Part shown: in pieces, positions 9,482-21,056 of the stretch | Layout of the letters: each line of letters starts with the position of its first letter | Position numbering within the stretch: position 1 is the first letter of the stretch | Source: an uncultured delta proteobacterium | Lineage (GTDB): Bacteria > Desulfobacterota > Binatia > UBA9968 | DNA length: 64,000 nt | Assembly (NCBI GenBank): GCA_963840855.1 | Contig: CAWJBB010000051.1 | Location: forward strand, 40,516-104,515 | Reading direction: 5' to 3' | Translations under genes and position numbers: made by a program | The notes under the pieces: model-generated | The model's database searches: none | Told to the model about the DNA's origin: nothing | Seen by the model: the letters and a program-made list of their open reading frames with translations, nothing else

Positions 9482-9584
9482 AAGTCAAAATCGCTTCGTC
9501 GCTTCGCTCCGCTGATTTCAGTGGTCCCCTTCGTTGAAATCGGGTGGGTCCCTAAAGTGAAATCGAGCAGCAGCCCTGGCACCG

Positions 9585-9965
9585 TTAGTTGCCGCACTTC
9601 TTGCAGCGCCCGAAAAACGCCAACTGGTGCGATGTCACGGTGAAGCCCTCGTCGGGCAGCCGGCTCAGTAACCGTGTTTCACGGGAGTCAAGGAGGAGAT
9701 CGTAGACCTGCGCGCATTGTTCGCAAATGAAATGCTGGTGCGACCGCACGAGCGGATCGAAGTGTTGCGCGCGCCCGAGAGTCAACACTTGCAATTTGCC
9801 TTCACCGACAAGCTTTTGCAGATTCCGGTAGACAGTTGCCAAGCTGACGTTTGGCAGTTGGCAACGGACTTTGAGAAAAATCTGATCCGCGGTGGGATGA
9901 GAGGTCTCATCCTTGACGGCTTGCCAAATCACTTCAAACTGTTTGGTATTTCTTTGCTGCTGCGC
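9585..9965 (-). CDS. fur: Fur-family regulator (PerR-like); no start codon in front of the conserved N-terminus
   Basis: QRNTKQ...HPTADQI, SLATVYRNL, HQHFICEQC, GRCKKC. Confidence 0.85.
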   Translation of the reverse strand, partial: AQQQRNTKQFEVIWQAVKDETSHPTADQIFLKVRCQLPNVSLATVYRNLQKLVGEGKLQVLTLGRAQHFDPLVRSHQHFICEQCAQVYDLLLDSRETRLLSRLPDEGFTVTSHQLAFFGRCKKCGN

Positions 9966-10214
9966 CCTTCCTCGAAACGCGCTTGAATCTTCCGCGTTCC
10001 TATCTTGAGAACCACGGCTTCGTCGACGCCCAAGAATCTCAGCAACTCATCCCGCAGATAGGAAGTCGGCTCCAAGACCGAAAAGCATCTCACCCATGCC
10101 CATCAACATGGCCCGTTTCCTTCCACCAGGCGCACTAGAGTCGAGCGGTGCTACTGGTCAACGAGCACTCGGCGAGCACTGCTAAACATTCACTGGTCCG
10201 CGCCGTAGCGGGGA

Positions 10215-10669
10215 TCAGACGGCGCAGGTTGCGCAGAGGCCGTAGAAGTCCAGGCGATAGCCGCTGATCTGGTAGCCCATCTGGTCGGCGACCTCCTGGA
10301 CAGACGGCCCAGCCGATCCAGCCTGACGTCGTCGATCCGGCCGCAGCCCGTGCAGACCACGTGCGGGTGAGCGCTGGGCATGTTCGCGTCGTAGCGATTC
10401 GGCCCCTCGCGGAACTCGAGCTCGAGCACCTCGCCTGCGGCCTTCAAAGTGTCGAGCGTCTTGTAGACAGTGGCCCGGCTCATCATCGGGTATGCGTCCG
10501 ATACCCGATGGAAGAGCTGCTCAGCGCTGGGATGCTCGCCACCCTCCACCAGTGCGCGCACGACAGCGTAGCGCTGCGGCGTCAGTCTATGTCCGCGCTC
10601 GCGCAACCGGCCCACGATTTCATTCACGCGGCTAGCCACGACGCCGATTTGTGGAGAATGAGTCGCCAT
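10215..10669 (-). CDS. Fur-family peroxide regulator (PerR/FurA-like), frameshift near 10290
   Basis: RLTPQR, HPSAE, SRATVYKTL, HPHVVCTGC; C-terminus YRLDFYGLCATC in another frame; divergent from katG. Confidence 0.85.
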
Positions 10670-10796
10670 AAGTATTGACATTCTTTACTGTCGGTTGTAG
10701 TTCACGTTAATAGAACTTAGCGGCTAGTATAGCAAATGCGCGAGGGCCATGCCGCTGGACCTCGATGCGGCCCCGGGCGGCGCAAATCAGCGGTAA

Positions 10797-13059
<2,263 letters not shown>

Positions 13060-13188
13060 ATTTAGCGACAACGTCATCGAGAGGTTCCTAAGCGTGTTCT
13101 GAATTGCATATTGGATGATCAGGATGCCATAGAATCTCCATAAATTAACGCGAGTCCCTTACACTCAAGGAAGCGGTGAGCAACAATG

Positions 13189-13230
13189 AGGGCGGTGTTT
13201 CAAAACAATCTGAAACATCGCCCTTTTTTT
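13189..13230 (+). terminator. Intrinsic terminator downstream of katG
   Basis: Stem AGGGCGGTGTTTC/GAAACATCGCCCT followed by a T run. Confidence 0.7.
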
Positions 13231-13419
13231 GGCCCTCACTCTGCTGGTCACAGAATCGGAGCCAGGCTCCGCACTGCTCCAGACGCACATCAGGCGGGCG
13301 TTAACCTTACACCCTGAGATTGGATTGTATTGTGTATTAATCTCATAAACGGAATGGCACTGAGAGGCGGTTATGTCGTAGTGGATATGACACAAGACCG
13401 TCAGGAAAGGAGCCATTCA

Positions 13420-13500
13420 ATGGAGAGTTTTACTGGGGCCGATCTACACAAACGAGTAACGCAGTTGGCAGTGTTGAGAGATGGGCATCCGAGGAGTCAA
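13420..13500 (+). pseudogene. IS110-family transposase N-terminal fragment
   Basis: RBS AAAGGAG, MESFTGADLHKRVTQLAVL (GxDLHK, first catalytic Asp of DEDD); similarity lost after about 27 codons. Confidence 0.65.
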
Positions 13501-13718
13501 AGTGATTTCAAAATTAGCCTATCTGGGTCCTCGCGCGTTCAGCGCGTGCGAAGCCTCGACAGCTGCGCCGCAGTGAAGTCGAGTGGCCGCCGTTCTCCAG
13601 TTGTTGATGGCTTAAAACAATGCGTTCCGACGCCGTGTACGACTTACACATTTTCTTACACATTCACACAATTGCGTAGAAATATATTCGAATAGTCAAA
13701 TACTTATGAATATCAGAA

Positions 13719-13777
13719 GAGGACTCAAATCCGGTGGAGGCAACCCCGTGAGGGTTCAAGTCCCTCCTCCGGATTCA
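13719..13777 (+). pseudogene. 3' half of tRNA-Leu(CAA), att-site remnant
   Basis: GGACTCAAATCC anticodon arm (one base short), long variable arm with GCAA loop, GAGGGTTCAAGTCCCTC T-arm; no D-arm or 5' acceptor strand. Confidence 0.75.
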
Positions 13778-13917
13778 CTACTTAGTGCCTTCGGATATAC
13801 AATTCTCAGGCTGGTGCGCTTGCTCGCTTCCTGCCCTGTCAAGGCGCCCACTGCCTTTTTTTGGTGCTTCAGTTCTGCTATTTTTTAGTAAAGCTGCGAT
13901 AAGCACGGACCATTTGA

Positions 13918-14238
13918 ATGATTTCCATCGACGACTTCAGAAAAATCGAACTCAGAGTCGCCACCATCAAGAGCGCTGAGCCCCATCCCAATGCCGACAA
14001 GCTCTTGGTGCTGCAAATCGACCTCGGCGGCGAAGCGCGCCAAATTTGCGCTGGCATTCGCAATCACTACTCGGCGGAAGAGTTGGTCGGAAAGCAAATC
14101 GTAGTCGTGGCCAACCTCGAAACCGCAAAACTGCGCGGCCTCGACAGCCAGGGGATGCTGCTTGCCGCCTCCGACGAAGACCGCGTGATTATTTTGACCC
14201 CGGAAAAAAGCGTCCAGGCGGGAGCGAAGGTTTCCTAG
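13918..14238 (+). CDS. tRNA-binding OB-fold protein (MetRS C-terminal/CsaA/Trbp111 family)
   Basis: ISIDDFRKIELRVATI, HPNADKLL, VVANL, SQGMLLAA. Confidence 0.93.
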   Translation: MISIDDFRKIELRVATIKSAEPHPNADKLLVLQIDLGGEARQICAGIRNHYSAEELVGKQIVVVANLETAKLRGLDSQGMLLAASDEDRVIILTPEKSVQAGAKVS

Positions 14239-14315
14239 GCCTCACGATTTCTGTTCCAGGAATGGATGACGACACGCTGTCAGCTCAGCTGAACTGAATC
14301 CGAATTTTTAGCTGC

Positions 14316-14348
14316 GAAACTTTGAACCTTCAACCCGGAACCTTGAAC
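14316..14348. repeat. Heptamer tandem repeat (TTGAACY family)
   Basis: GAAACTT TGAACCT TCAACCC GGAACCT TGAAC. Confidence 0.65.
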
Positions 14349-14389
14349 AAAACTTGTTCCTGGTCCGAAGTCACGATGAGATACATGTA

Positions 14390-15514
14390 ATGGTAAACTT
14401 TCCCAACGGCCGCCCGACAGTATGTTTCATCGATTTAGCTGCGCTGCGCTGGAACCTGCGCCAGGTCAAGGCTAAGGTCGGCTCTACGGTGAAAATTCTC
14501 TCCATGGTCAAAGCCAACGCTTACGGCCACGGCGCGCCGGCGGTGGCCAAAGCCCTGGCGGATGAAGGCGGTTATGCCTTCGGCGTCGCCACGCTTGAGG
14601 AGGCCATCGAATTGCGCCAAGCTGGGATTGATCAGCCGATCCTCGTGGTCACGGGCGTTTATCTGGAACAACTGGGACAATTCATCGAGCACCGGTTGAC
14701 GCCGGTGGCCCATGACCTCGAAGCCGTGAAACTTCTCGATCGGGCGGCGCAGGGGCGCGGCGCGGCGTTGAACGTTCATATTAAAATCGACACGGGTATG
14801 GGGAGGTTGGGATTCCTGGCCGCCGAGATCGATTCATGGTTGCCATCGTTGAAAAAGCTCAAAGCGCTCAAGATCGAAGGTGTCTTCTCGCATTTCTCCC
14901 GGGCGGAAACCGTCCAGGGCGATTATACCCAAAAGCAGTTGCGCATCTTTCAAGACGTCGTCGCGCGGCTTCGCTCTCAGGGGATCGCGCCGCCGCTTGC
15001 GCATCTCGCCAACAGCGCCGCGACGATCACGCTGCCCGAAGCGTACTTCGATATGGTGCGCCCCGGGATAATGCTCTACGGTCCCTATCCGTCGCCAGCG
15101 ATGATGAGCCAGATCGAGCTGAAACCGGTTCTGTCATGGAAAACTCGCATCACGCAACTCAAGAAAGTGCCTTGCGGCACGAGCATTAGCTACGGGCAGA
15201 CCTTCGTAACCCAGCGCGAAAGTTCTATCGCGACGCTGCCCGTCGGCTACGCCGACGGCTATCAGCGGCTGTTGTCAAACCGCGGCGAAGTTTTAGTCAA
15301 AGGCAATCGAGCGCCGGTGGCCGGCACAGTGTGCATGGATTTGACTATGGTCGATGTTACCGATATAGCAGGCGTGCAACCGGGAGATGAGGTTGTTCTG
15401 CTCGGCCGTCAAGGCGATCAGGAAATCACCGCCGACGAGCTGGCCGGCTGGACGAATACGATCTCGTACGAGATTCTCACTTCCATCAGCGCGCGCGTTC
15501 CCCGCATATATTAA
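14390..15514 (+). CDS. alr: Alanine racemase
   Basis: VKANAYGHG PLP lysine, KIDTGMGRLG, GYADG, VCMD. Confidence 0.97.
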   Translation: MVNFPNGRPTVCFIDLAALRWNLRQVKAKVGSTVKILSMVKANAYGHGAPAVAKALADEGGYAFGVATLEEAIELRQAGIDQPILVVTGVYLEQLGQFIEHRLTPVAHDLEAVKLLDRAAQGRGAALNVHIKIDTGMGRLGFLAAEIDSWLPSLKKLKALKIEGVFSHFSRAETVQGDYTQKQLRIFQDVVARLRSQGIAPPLAHLANSAATITLPEAYFDMVRPGIMLYGPYPSPAMMSQIELKPVLSWKTRITQLKKVPCGTSISYGQTFVTQRESSIATLPVGYADGYQRLLSNRGEVLVKGNRAPVAGTVCMDLTMVDVTDIAGVQPGDEVVLLGRQGDQEITADELAGWTNTISYEILTSISARVPRIY

Positions 15515-15537
15515 AATGCCTAGGAGGATCACTGGCA

Positions 15538-17112
15538 GTGGGCAGGATTCAACGAGCCCTCATAAGCGTTTCCGATAAGAATGGCATTGTCGAGTTTTCC
15601 CGTGCCCTCACTGAGTTGGACATTGAAATCATTTCCACGGGCGGCACGGCGTCGCTGCTGCGCGACAACAAAATCCCGGTCAAGGATGTCTCGGAGCTGA
15701 CCGGATTTCCCGAAATGATGGACGGCCGCGTCAAAACGCTGCACCCGAAGATTCACGGCGGCATTCTCGCTCTGCGGGACAATCCGGCGCATGTCGCCAA
15801 TATGCAAGAGCATGGCATCGCCCCCATCGATCTGGTTGTCGTCAATCTCTATCCGTTCGAAGCGACCGTCGCCCGCGGTGCCGCCTTCGATGAAGTCGTC
15901 GAGAATATCGATATCGGCGGACCGACCATGGTGCGCGCCGCGGCGAAGAACCACCGCCACGTCGGCGTCGTCGTTGATTCGAAAGACTACGACGCGATCA
16001 TTGCCGAATTGAAGGAAAATCGCTGCTCTTTATCGGACGCCACGCGCCTTCGACTTTTCCGCAAGGCGTTCCAGCATACCGCGCATTACGACGGCGCGAT
16101 TTCAAATTATTTTTCGTCTTTAGACGAAACCGGGCAGCCCGTGCGCTGGGGCGGAACGGTCAACGTTCAAGTGACAAAACTCCAGGACATGCGCTATGGT
16201 GAAAACCCACACCAGAGCGCTGCCTTCTACGCTACCACGGGCGACACCGGCCCATCCATCGCACGCGCCAAGCAGTTCCAGGGCAAGGAATTATCCTTCA
16301 ATAATATTCTCGACGCTGACGCAGCCTTGAGCACTGTGTTGGAATTTTCCGATATCGCGACCGTAGTCATCAAGCACAACAACCCCTGCGGCGTCGCGCT
16401 ATCGAAAACCTCCCTCGCCGATTCCTTCCGCAAAGCCAAAGCCTGCGATCCGGTTTCCATTTTTGGCGGGGTCATCGCCTTCAACCGCCCCGTCGATGAA
16501 GAAACGGCGCAAGAGTTAAAAGACATATTTCTCGAAATCGTCATAGCGCCAAGCTTCGCGCCGCAAGCTAAGACCGTGCTTGCGTCGGCCAAGCGGCTGC
16601 TCAACATCCGGCTCCTGGAATTGGACATGAACCAGACGCAGGGCGGCGGCTACGATGTGCGCCGGGTGCGCGGCGGAATGTTGATGCAAGATTGGGACAC
16701 GGGTTCAGTGGACGTGCGCGCCTGCAAAGTAGCCACCGAAAGAAAGCCGACGGAAGCGGAATATCAAGCTCTCGACTTCGCTTGGCGCGTCTGCCGCCAC
16801 GTGAAGTCGAATACCATCGTTTTTGCCTCTCCCGATCAGGTGCTGGGCGTCGGCGCCGGCCAGATGAGCCGCATCGACTCGACCAAGATCGCCGTTTTGC
16901 GCGCCGCTACCCATGGCTTGGACCTCAAAGGTTCGGCGGTGGCGTCCGATGCCTTTTATCCCTTCCGCGACGGCCTGGACGAAGCGGCCAATGCCGGCGC
17001 CAAGTCGGTCATTCAGCCGGGCGGCTCAATCAAGGACGACGAAGTCATCGCCGCCGCCAACGAGCATGACATGGCGATGATTTTCACCGGCATGAGGCAT
17101 TTCAGACACTAG
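15538..17112 (+). CDS. purH: Bifunctional AICAR transformylase/IMP cyclohydrolase
   Basis: RALISVSDK, GRVKTLHP, RYGENPHQ, KHNNPCG, GMRHFRH. Confidence 0.98.
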   Translation: MGRIQRALISVSDKNGIVEFSRALTELDIEIISTGGTASLLRDNKIPVKDVSELTGFPEMMDGRVKTLHPKIHGGILALRDNPAHVANMQEHGIAPIDLVVVNLYPFEATVARGAAFDEVVENIDIGGPTMVRAAAKNHRHVGVVVDSKDYDAIIAELKENRCSLSDATRLRLFRKAFQHTAHYDGAISNYFSSLDETGQPVRWGGTVNVQVTKLQDMRYGENPHQSAAFYATTGDTGPSIARAKQFQGKELSFNNILDADAALSTVLEFSDIATVVIKHNNPCGVALSKTSLADSFRKAKACDPVSIFGGVIAFNRPVDEETAQELKDIFLEIVIAPSFAPQAKTVLASAKRLLNIRLLELDMNQTQGGGYDVRRVRGGMLMQDWDTGSVDVRACKVATERKPTEAEYQALDFAWRVCRHVKSNTIVFASPDQVLGVGAGQMSRIDSTKIAVLRAATHGLDLKGSAVASDAFYPFRDGLDEAANAGAKSVIQPGGSIKDDEVIAAANEHDMAMIFTGMRHFRH

Positions 17113-17126
17113 CCGAAGATAAACAA

Positions 17127-17176
17127 TGGCGGATGGATGATGGCGATCCTCGATCTTCCATCCTCGATCCTCGACC
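17127..17176. repeat. Heptamer repeat hairpin (ATCCTCG/GGATGG family)
   Basis: TGGCGGATGGATGATGG...ATCCTCG ATCTTCC ATCCTCG ATCCTCG. Confidence 0.65.
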
Positions 17177-17196
17177 CTGTTTTTTCGTGGTAAGTC

Positions 17197-18468
17197 ATGA
17201 AAGTCCTCGTCATCGGCGGCGGCGGGCGCGAGCATGCACTGGTTTGGAAAATCAGCCAGAGCCCGAAAATCAAAAAACTCTATTGCGCCCCGGGCAGCGC
17301 CGCCATCGGTGAATTTGCCGAGCTTGTCGCCATCGGACCCGAGCAGATCGACAGACTTGCCGACTTCGCCGCCAAGGAAAAAATCGACCTCACCGTCGTC
17401 GGACCAGAGTTGCCGCTTACTCTCGGCATCACCGATTTATTTGAGGAACGCGGGCTACGCATCTTCGGCCCGAACCGCGAAGCCGCGCAACTGGAAGGCA
17501 GCAAAGCGTTCGCCAAAGAAATTCTCCGGGACAACGGTATTCCAACCGCCGCTTTCGGTACCTTCACGGATGCGGCATTGGCAAAGCATTTTATCGCCGA
17601 GCAAAAGACTCCCATCGTCGTCAAAGCCGACGGCCTTGCGGCTGGCAAAGGCGTTTTGATCTGCGCCACGCGGGCTGAGGCAGATGCCGCCGTCGATGGG
17701 ATTCTCTTGGGTAAAGCCTTTGGCCCCGCCGGGGAAAAAGTGGTCATAGAGGAATTTCTCGACGGCGAAGAAGCGTCTTTTATGGTCCTGACCGATGGCG
17801 ACCACATCCTTCCGCTAGCCTCGTCCCAGGACCACAAGCGCGTCTTCGACAACGACGAAGGTCCAAACACCGGCGGCATGGGCGCCTACTCGCCGGCGCC
17901 CGTGGTAACACCCGAAGTGCATCGCCGGATATTGCATGAGATACTCGCCCCGCTGCTCGCCGGTCTGAGAAAGAAAAACATTCGCTATCGCGGGGTGATT
18001 TACGTCGGCTTGATGATTACTCAAGACGGCCCGACGGTTCTGGAATTTAACGCGCGCTTCGGCGACCCCGAATGCCAGCCGATCATGATGCGCTTGCAGA
18101 GCGATCTCGTGGAGCTTATGGAAGCGGCGATCGACGGCAGGCTCAATGAAGCCCAGGCCCGGTGGCACGACGATGCCGCGGTCTGCGTGGTCCTCGCCGC
18201 CGCCGGCTATCCCGGCGCGTACGACAAAGGCAAAGAAATTCTCGGTCTGGAGAGATTGCGGGACTGGTCCAATGGCTTCGTCTTTCACGCCGGGACAACG
18301 AAAGACAAAGGCCGCTGGCTGACTTCGGGCGGGCGCGTATTGGGAGTCACGGCGCAAGGAAAAAGCGTCGCCGACGCGGTGCGCGAAGTTTATCGCGCGG
18401 TGCGTGAAATTTCTTGGAACGGTATGCACTATCGCAAAGATATCGCGCGCAGAGCGCTAGCATCATAA
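17197..18468 (+). CDS. purD: Phosphoribosylamine-glycine ligase
   Basis: GGGGREHAL, KADGLAAGKGV, QDHKR, GPNTGGMG, EFNARFGDPE. Confidence 0.98.
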   Translation: MKVLVIGGGGREHALVWKISQSPKIKKLYCAPGSAAIGEFAELVAIGPEQIDRLADFAAKEKIDLTVVGPELPLTLGITDLFEERGLRIFGPNREAAQLEGSKAFAKEILRDNGIPTAAFGTFTDAALAKHFIAEQKTPIVVKADGLAAGKGVLICATRAEADAAVDGILLGKAFGPAGEKVVIEEFLDGEEASFMVLTDGDHILPLASSQDHKRVFDNDEGPNTGGMGAYSPAPVVTPEVHRRILHEILAPLLAGLRKKNIRYRGVIYVGLMITQDGPTVLEFNARFGDPECQPIMMRLQSDLVELMEAAIDGRLNEAQARWHDDAAVCVVLAAAGYPGAYDKGKEILGLERLRDWSNGFVFHAGTTKDKGRWLTSGGRVLGVTAQGKSVADAVREVYRAVREISWNGMHYRKDIARRALAS

Positions 18469-18487
18469 ATCTCCTCGGTGTCGAATC

Positions 18488-19144
18488 TTGGCCAACCACA
18501 GCCCTCAAAATCGAACCGTTCTAGAGACAACGGACACACGCATCGCTCCGGCCGTTGCCGCCCTCAAGCGCGGCGAGGTCATCGTCTATCCCACCGAAAC
18601 CCTCTACGGCCTGGGCGCCGACGCGCTAAACGTCGCCGCCGTGGAAAAAGTCTTTCGACTCAAAGGCCGCAACCGCGATAACCCCATTCCCGTACTCGTC
18701 GCCGACCGCGAGATGCTAACAGCGCTGGTCGCCGACGTTCCAGCGCTCGCGGAAAAGTTGATAGCGAGCTTCTGGCCCGGCCCGTTGACTTTGGTATTAC
18801 CGGCGCGAAAAGATGTTTCTCCACCGCTTTTGAATTCCTCCGGCGGTATCGGCGTGCGTATTTCCAGTGAACCCGTCGCCACCGGGCTCGTTCGCGCCCT
18901 CGGACATCCTTTGACCTCCACCAGCGCGAACCCCTCGGGACAGCCTCCGGCGCGCACCGTAGAGCAGGCAAAAAACTACTTCGCCGAGGCCATCGACCTG
19001 TTTATCGACGCGGGGAAATTGATCTCAAGGACCGGTTCCACGGTCGTTGAAATCAGGGCAAACGCCATCAACATCATCCGCGAGGGCGAGATCGGCAAGT
19101 CCGAGCTTCAACGTGCCGTCGGAGAAAGCGAGGTAGTTCGATGA
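18488..19144 (+). CDS. tsaC: L-threonylcarbamoyladenylate synthase (Sua5/TsaC)
   Basis: YPTETLYGLG, FWPGPLTLVL, STSANPSG. Confidence 0.94.
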   Translation: MANHSPQNRTVLETTDTRIAPAVAALKRGEVIVYPTETLYGLGADALNVAAVEKVFRLKGRNRDNPIPVLVADREMLTALVADVPALAEKLIASFWPGPLTLVLPARKDVSPPLLNSSGGIGVRISSEPVATGLVRALGHPLTSTSANPSGQPPARTVEQAKNYFAEAIDLFIDAGKLISRTGSTVVEIRANAINIIREGEIGKSELQRAVGESEVVR

Positions 19145-19359
19145 AACGAAGGGCATCAATGCTCCTGCTGCTCGTGGCCGGCTTATTGCCGCACACCGGC
19201 TGCGATTCGAAGACTGACACCGTAACCCAGGGCAGAGAAGCGGTCAAAGAGGTTGTCACCCAGCCGCTCAATACCCTGGACACCGCCAAGGAATCGCTCA
19301 AACAGAGCGAGGACAAGAGCAAAGCTGCGCTCGAAGAAGTGAACAAAACACTCAAGTAG
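19141..19359 (+). CDS. Small putative lipoprotein
   Basis: Basic and hydrophobic N-terminus, TGC lipobox-like Cys; ATGA overlap with tsaC. Confidence 0.7.
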   Translation: MKRRASMLLLLVAGLLPHTGCDSKTDTVTQGREAVKEVVTQPLNTLDTAKESLKQSEDKSKAALEEVNKTLK

Positions 19360-19909
19360 CCGGAGTTTCCTTGACGCGTTGGCGCGCTGACTTGAGGATA
19401 CGGTCGACCTGCCCGCCGTCTTCGCCGTCGTAATAGTTCACATTCCGATCCCGCGCGTAGAGCGCGCGAAAGCCGGATTGCGGGCGGCCCGCGCTGGTTG
19501 CGTAGGCGCCGATCTTATTGGAATCAGGATATTCGGAAATATCCGGATACGCCATCGTGCTGACGACGAGATAGCGCAGTTCCCGGGAGCCCGTATTGAT
19601 AAGCTGATGGGGAAAATCACCGGGCGGGCAAGCGATGACGGTATCCGCCGACACCGCCAGCTCGTCCTTGCCGAGGCGCAGCATACCGTCGCCCTCGATA
19701 ATGTAAATCATCTCCTCGTTACCCACGTGGTTGTGGTAGGGAAAGGCGGTCTTTCCCGGCGCAACGATAAAAAAACTGTAGCCCAGTTTTTGCGCGCCGA
19801 TCTGCGCGCCCACGCGCTGGCGCGAGCCGCTAAAAACCGATCCCTCCGGCGCGGTGATCCGATCGACGGGAACTTCGGATAAATGGACGACATGTTTGTG
19901 TTTTGCCAT
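19352..19909 (-). CDS. Cupin-domain protein
   Basis: PYHNHVGNEEMIYI, PHQLIN, ISEYPDSNK. Confidence 0.88.
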   Translation of the reverse strand: MAKHKHVVHLSEVPVDRITAPEGSVFSGSRQRVGAQIGAQKLGYSFFIVAPGKTAFPYHNHVGNEEMIYIIEGDGMLRLGKDELAVSADTVIACPPGDFPHQLINTGSRELRYLVVSTMAYPDISEYPDSNKIGAYATSAGRPQSGFRALYARDRNVNYYDGEDGGQVDRILKSARQRVKETPAT

Positions 19910-19979
19910 AACGCCTCCTGCCTGGCTCGACCACAACACGCTATCATTTGCCGGCGTCTTCATGCTATCAGAAAGACTG

Positions 19980-20951
19980 ATGCTCGTCCTCTCCGAGAAA
20001 CAAGTTCAAAGCCTAATCGACATCGAAGAACTTATCGCCGCGCTGGCGCGGGCCCATGTTCAATACTCGACGGGCAAGGCGGTCATGCCCGTGCGGCTGG
20101 TGGCGCCGCTGCCGCCGATCGACGGGCGCATCACCAGCATGCCGGGCTATCTGAACGATGACAAAGCGCTGGGCATGAAAGTTGTCACCTACTTTCAGAA
20201 AAACCCGCAGCGAAACCTGCCGGCGATTCTCGCCACGATCATGCTCTTCAGCGCGGAGACCGGCAAAATGATCGCGGCGATGGACGGCACGTACATCACG
20301 ACGATTCGCACCGCCTGCGCTTCGGCGCTGGCGACCCGGGCGCTGGCAAATCCGGAAACGCCGGTGCTGGGTATTCTTGGCGCCGGAGTTCAGGCGCGGT
20401 CTCATATTCTCGCTTTATCCAGCGTTAGAAAATTGCAGCGGATCAAGATCTTCAGCCCATCGGGCTCCAGCGCTCGTGCGGTCAAGAAAGATTTAGCAGT
20501 GGAAATCGGAGTCCCGATTGAAGTCACCCAGTGCGCCGAGGACAGCGTGCGCGATGCCGATCTCCTGGTCACAGCGACCACGGCGAAGGCTCCGATTGTG
20601 AAATCTGACTGGTTGAAACCCGGCGTCCATATCAACGCCGTCGGCTCGCACCGCCCCGACCTGAGAGAAATCGACGGCGGGACCCTGTCATGCTCGAAGG
20701 TCGTCGTCGATTCCCGGGAAGCGATTATGGCCGAGTGCGGCGATATTTTGCTCGCGCTCAAAGAAAAATCCGTGAGGGAGAGCGTCATTCACGCCGAGAT
20801 CGGCGAGGTCTTGGCGGGAACCAAAAACGGCAGAACCAGCGCCGAAGAGATTACGCTCTACAAATCCGTCGGCATAGCGATCCAAGACGTCGCCACGGCG
20901 CATCTCGTTTATCACAAAGCATTGGAGATCGAAAGTTGGCATCAATGTTGA
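19980..20951 (+). CDS. Ornithine cyclodeaminase/mu-crystallin family protein
   Basis: RTACASA, GAGVQA, HINAVG, YKSVGIAIQD; extreme C-terminus possibly frameshifted. Confidence 0.92.
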   Translation: MLVLSEKQVQSLIDIEELIAALARAHVQYSTGKAVMPVRLVAPLPPIDGRITSMPGYLNDDKALGMKVVTYFQKNPQRNLPAILATIMLFSAETGKMIAAMDGTYITTIRTACASALATRALANPETPVLGILGAGVQARSHILALSSVRKLQRIKIFSPSGSSARAVKKDLAVEIGVPIEVTQCAEDSVRDADLLVTATTAKAPIVKSDWLKPGVHINAVGSHRPDLREIDGGTLSCSKVVVDSREAIMAECGDILLALKEKSVRESVIHAEIGEVLAGTKNGRTSAEEITLYKSVGIAIQDVATAHLVYHKALEIESWHQC

Positions 20952-21012
20952 GATTTAGGAAAGCGTGAAGTTGATTTCTGATCGATTCTGGTCCAGCGTT
21001 AACTCGATCCAA

Positions 21013-21052
21013 GGAACGCGGAACCTGAAACTAGAAACGTGAAACCAGAAAC
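21013..21052. repeat. Heptamer tandem repeat
   Basis: GAACGCG GAACCTG AAACTAG AAACGTG AAACCAG AAAC. Confidence 0.65.
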
Positions 21053-21056
21053 TACC

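Larger units (their letters stand above)
6953..9569 (+). mobile_element. IS21-family insertion sequence, about 2.6 kb
   Basis: TG...CA ends; multiple subterminal GGGACCCACC/ATTTCA repeats at both ends; direct repeat GCAGCC at 6947-6952 and 9570-9575; istA and istB. Confidence 0.9.

Noticed and set aside
10675-10730. Fur/PerR box and katG promoter
   Set aside because: TTGACA and a short AGTTC/GAACT inverted repeat are present, but there is no convincing -10 or consensus box
13706-13888. Intact tRNA-Leu or 60-aa ORF
   Set aside because: The 5' half of the tRNA is missing and the ORF is just a translation of the tRNA remnant
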